Of a DNA stretch of 64,000 nt, positions 63,947 to 64,000 are shown piece by piece (the stretch's first letter is position 1; every line of letters begins with the position of its first letter). The stretch lies in the sequence record MZ475893.1; one strand, 5' to 3'. A program made the translations under genes and the position numbers. The notes beneath the pieces are model-generated. The model did not search any database. It was not told the DNA's origin and saw only the letters and a list, made by a program, of their open reading frames with translations.

Positions 63947-64000
63947 ATGGAAATGTTTTCGCTTGGCCTTGAGATCAGGGCCATCCGAACTATAACTAAT
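63947..64000 (+). CDS. 5' end of next gene (partial)
   Basis: AGGGG RBS then MEMFSLGLEIRAIRTITN open to window end. Confidence 0.6.
   Translation, partial: MEMFSLGLEIRAIRTITN

Noticed and set aside
63947-64000. Partial ORF as a replicative helicase
   Set aside because: Only 18 codons visible, no diagnostic motif

Overview
64 kb segment of a large lytic dsDNA phage. By inference from gene content it is an Enterobacterales (Erwinia/Pantoea/Dickeya-type) jumbo myovirus, possibly Y3/Alexandra/AD1/Yoloswag-like; no database search was run. About 100 CDSs, all on the + strand. Layout: (1) intein-containing RecA/UvsX, an AcrVA2/FinQ-like gene and an AmsF/WceF-like glycanase (1-10.2 kb). (2) A long accessory region of small ORFs (10.3-41 kb) with Tpt1/KptA, radical SAM, YbiI/TraR Zn finger, UvsE, dUTPase, SLT, HD hydrolase and GNAT. 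(3) A block of extremely acidic proteins, Lys/Ala histone-like proteins and repeated helix-extension-helix modules (41-55 kb). (4) Type IIA topoisomerase B and A subunits, HNH protein and a sigma-like protein (55-64 kb). Regulatory patterns read directly from the DNA: a 19-bp box 27-29 nt upstream of a -10 hexamer (13 copies), Shine-Dalgarno sequences displayed as hairpin tetraloops with covarying stems (11 copies), a TCTGTAAA motif enriched at gene boundaries, and two homologous hairpin+U-tract elements that may end small RNAs. No tRNA, rRNA or CRISPR array seen. Starts were trimmed from the ORF track where an RBS supported a later codon.
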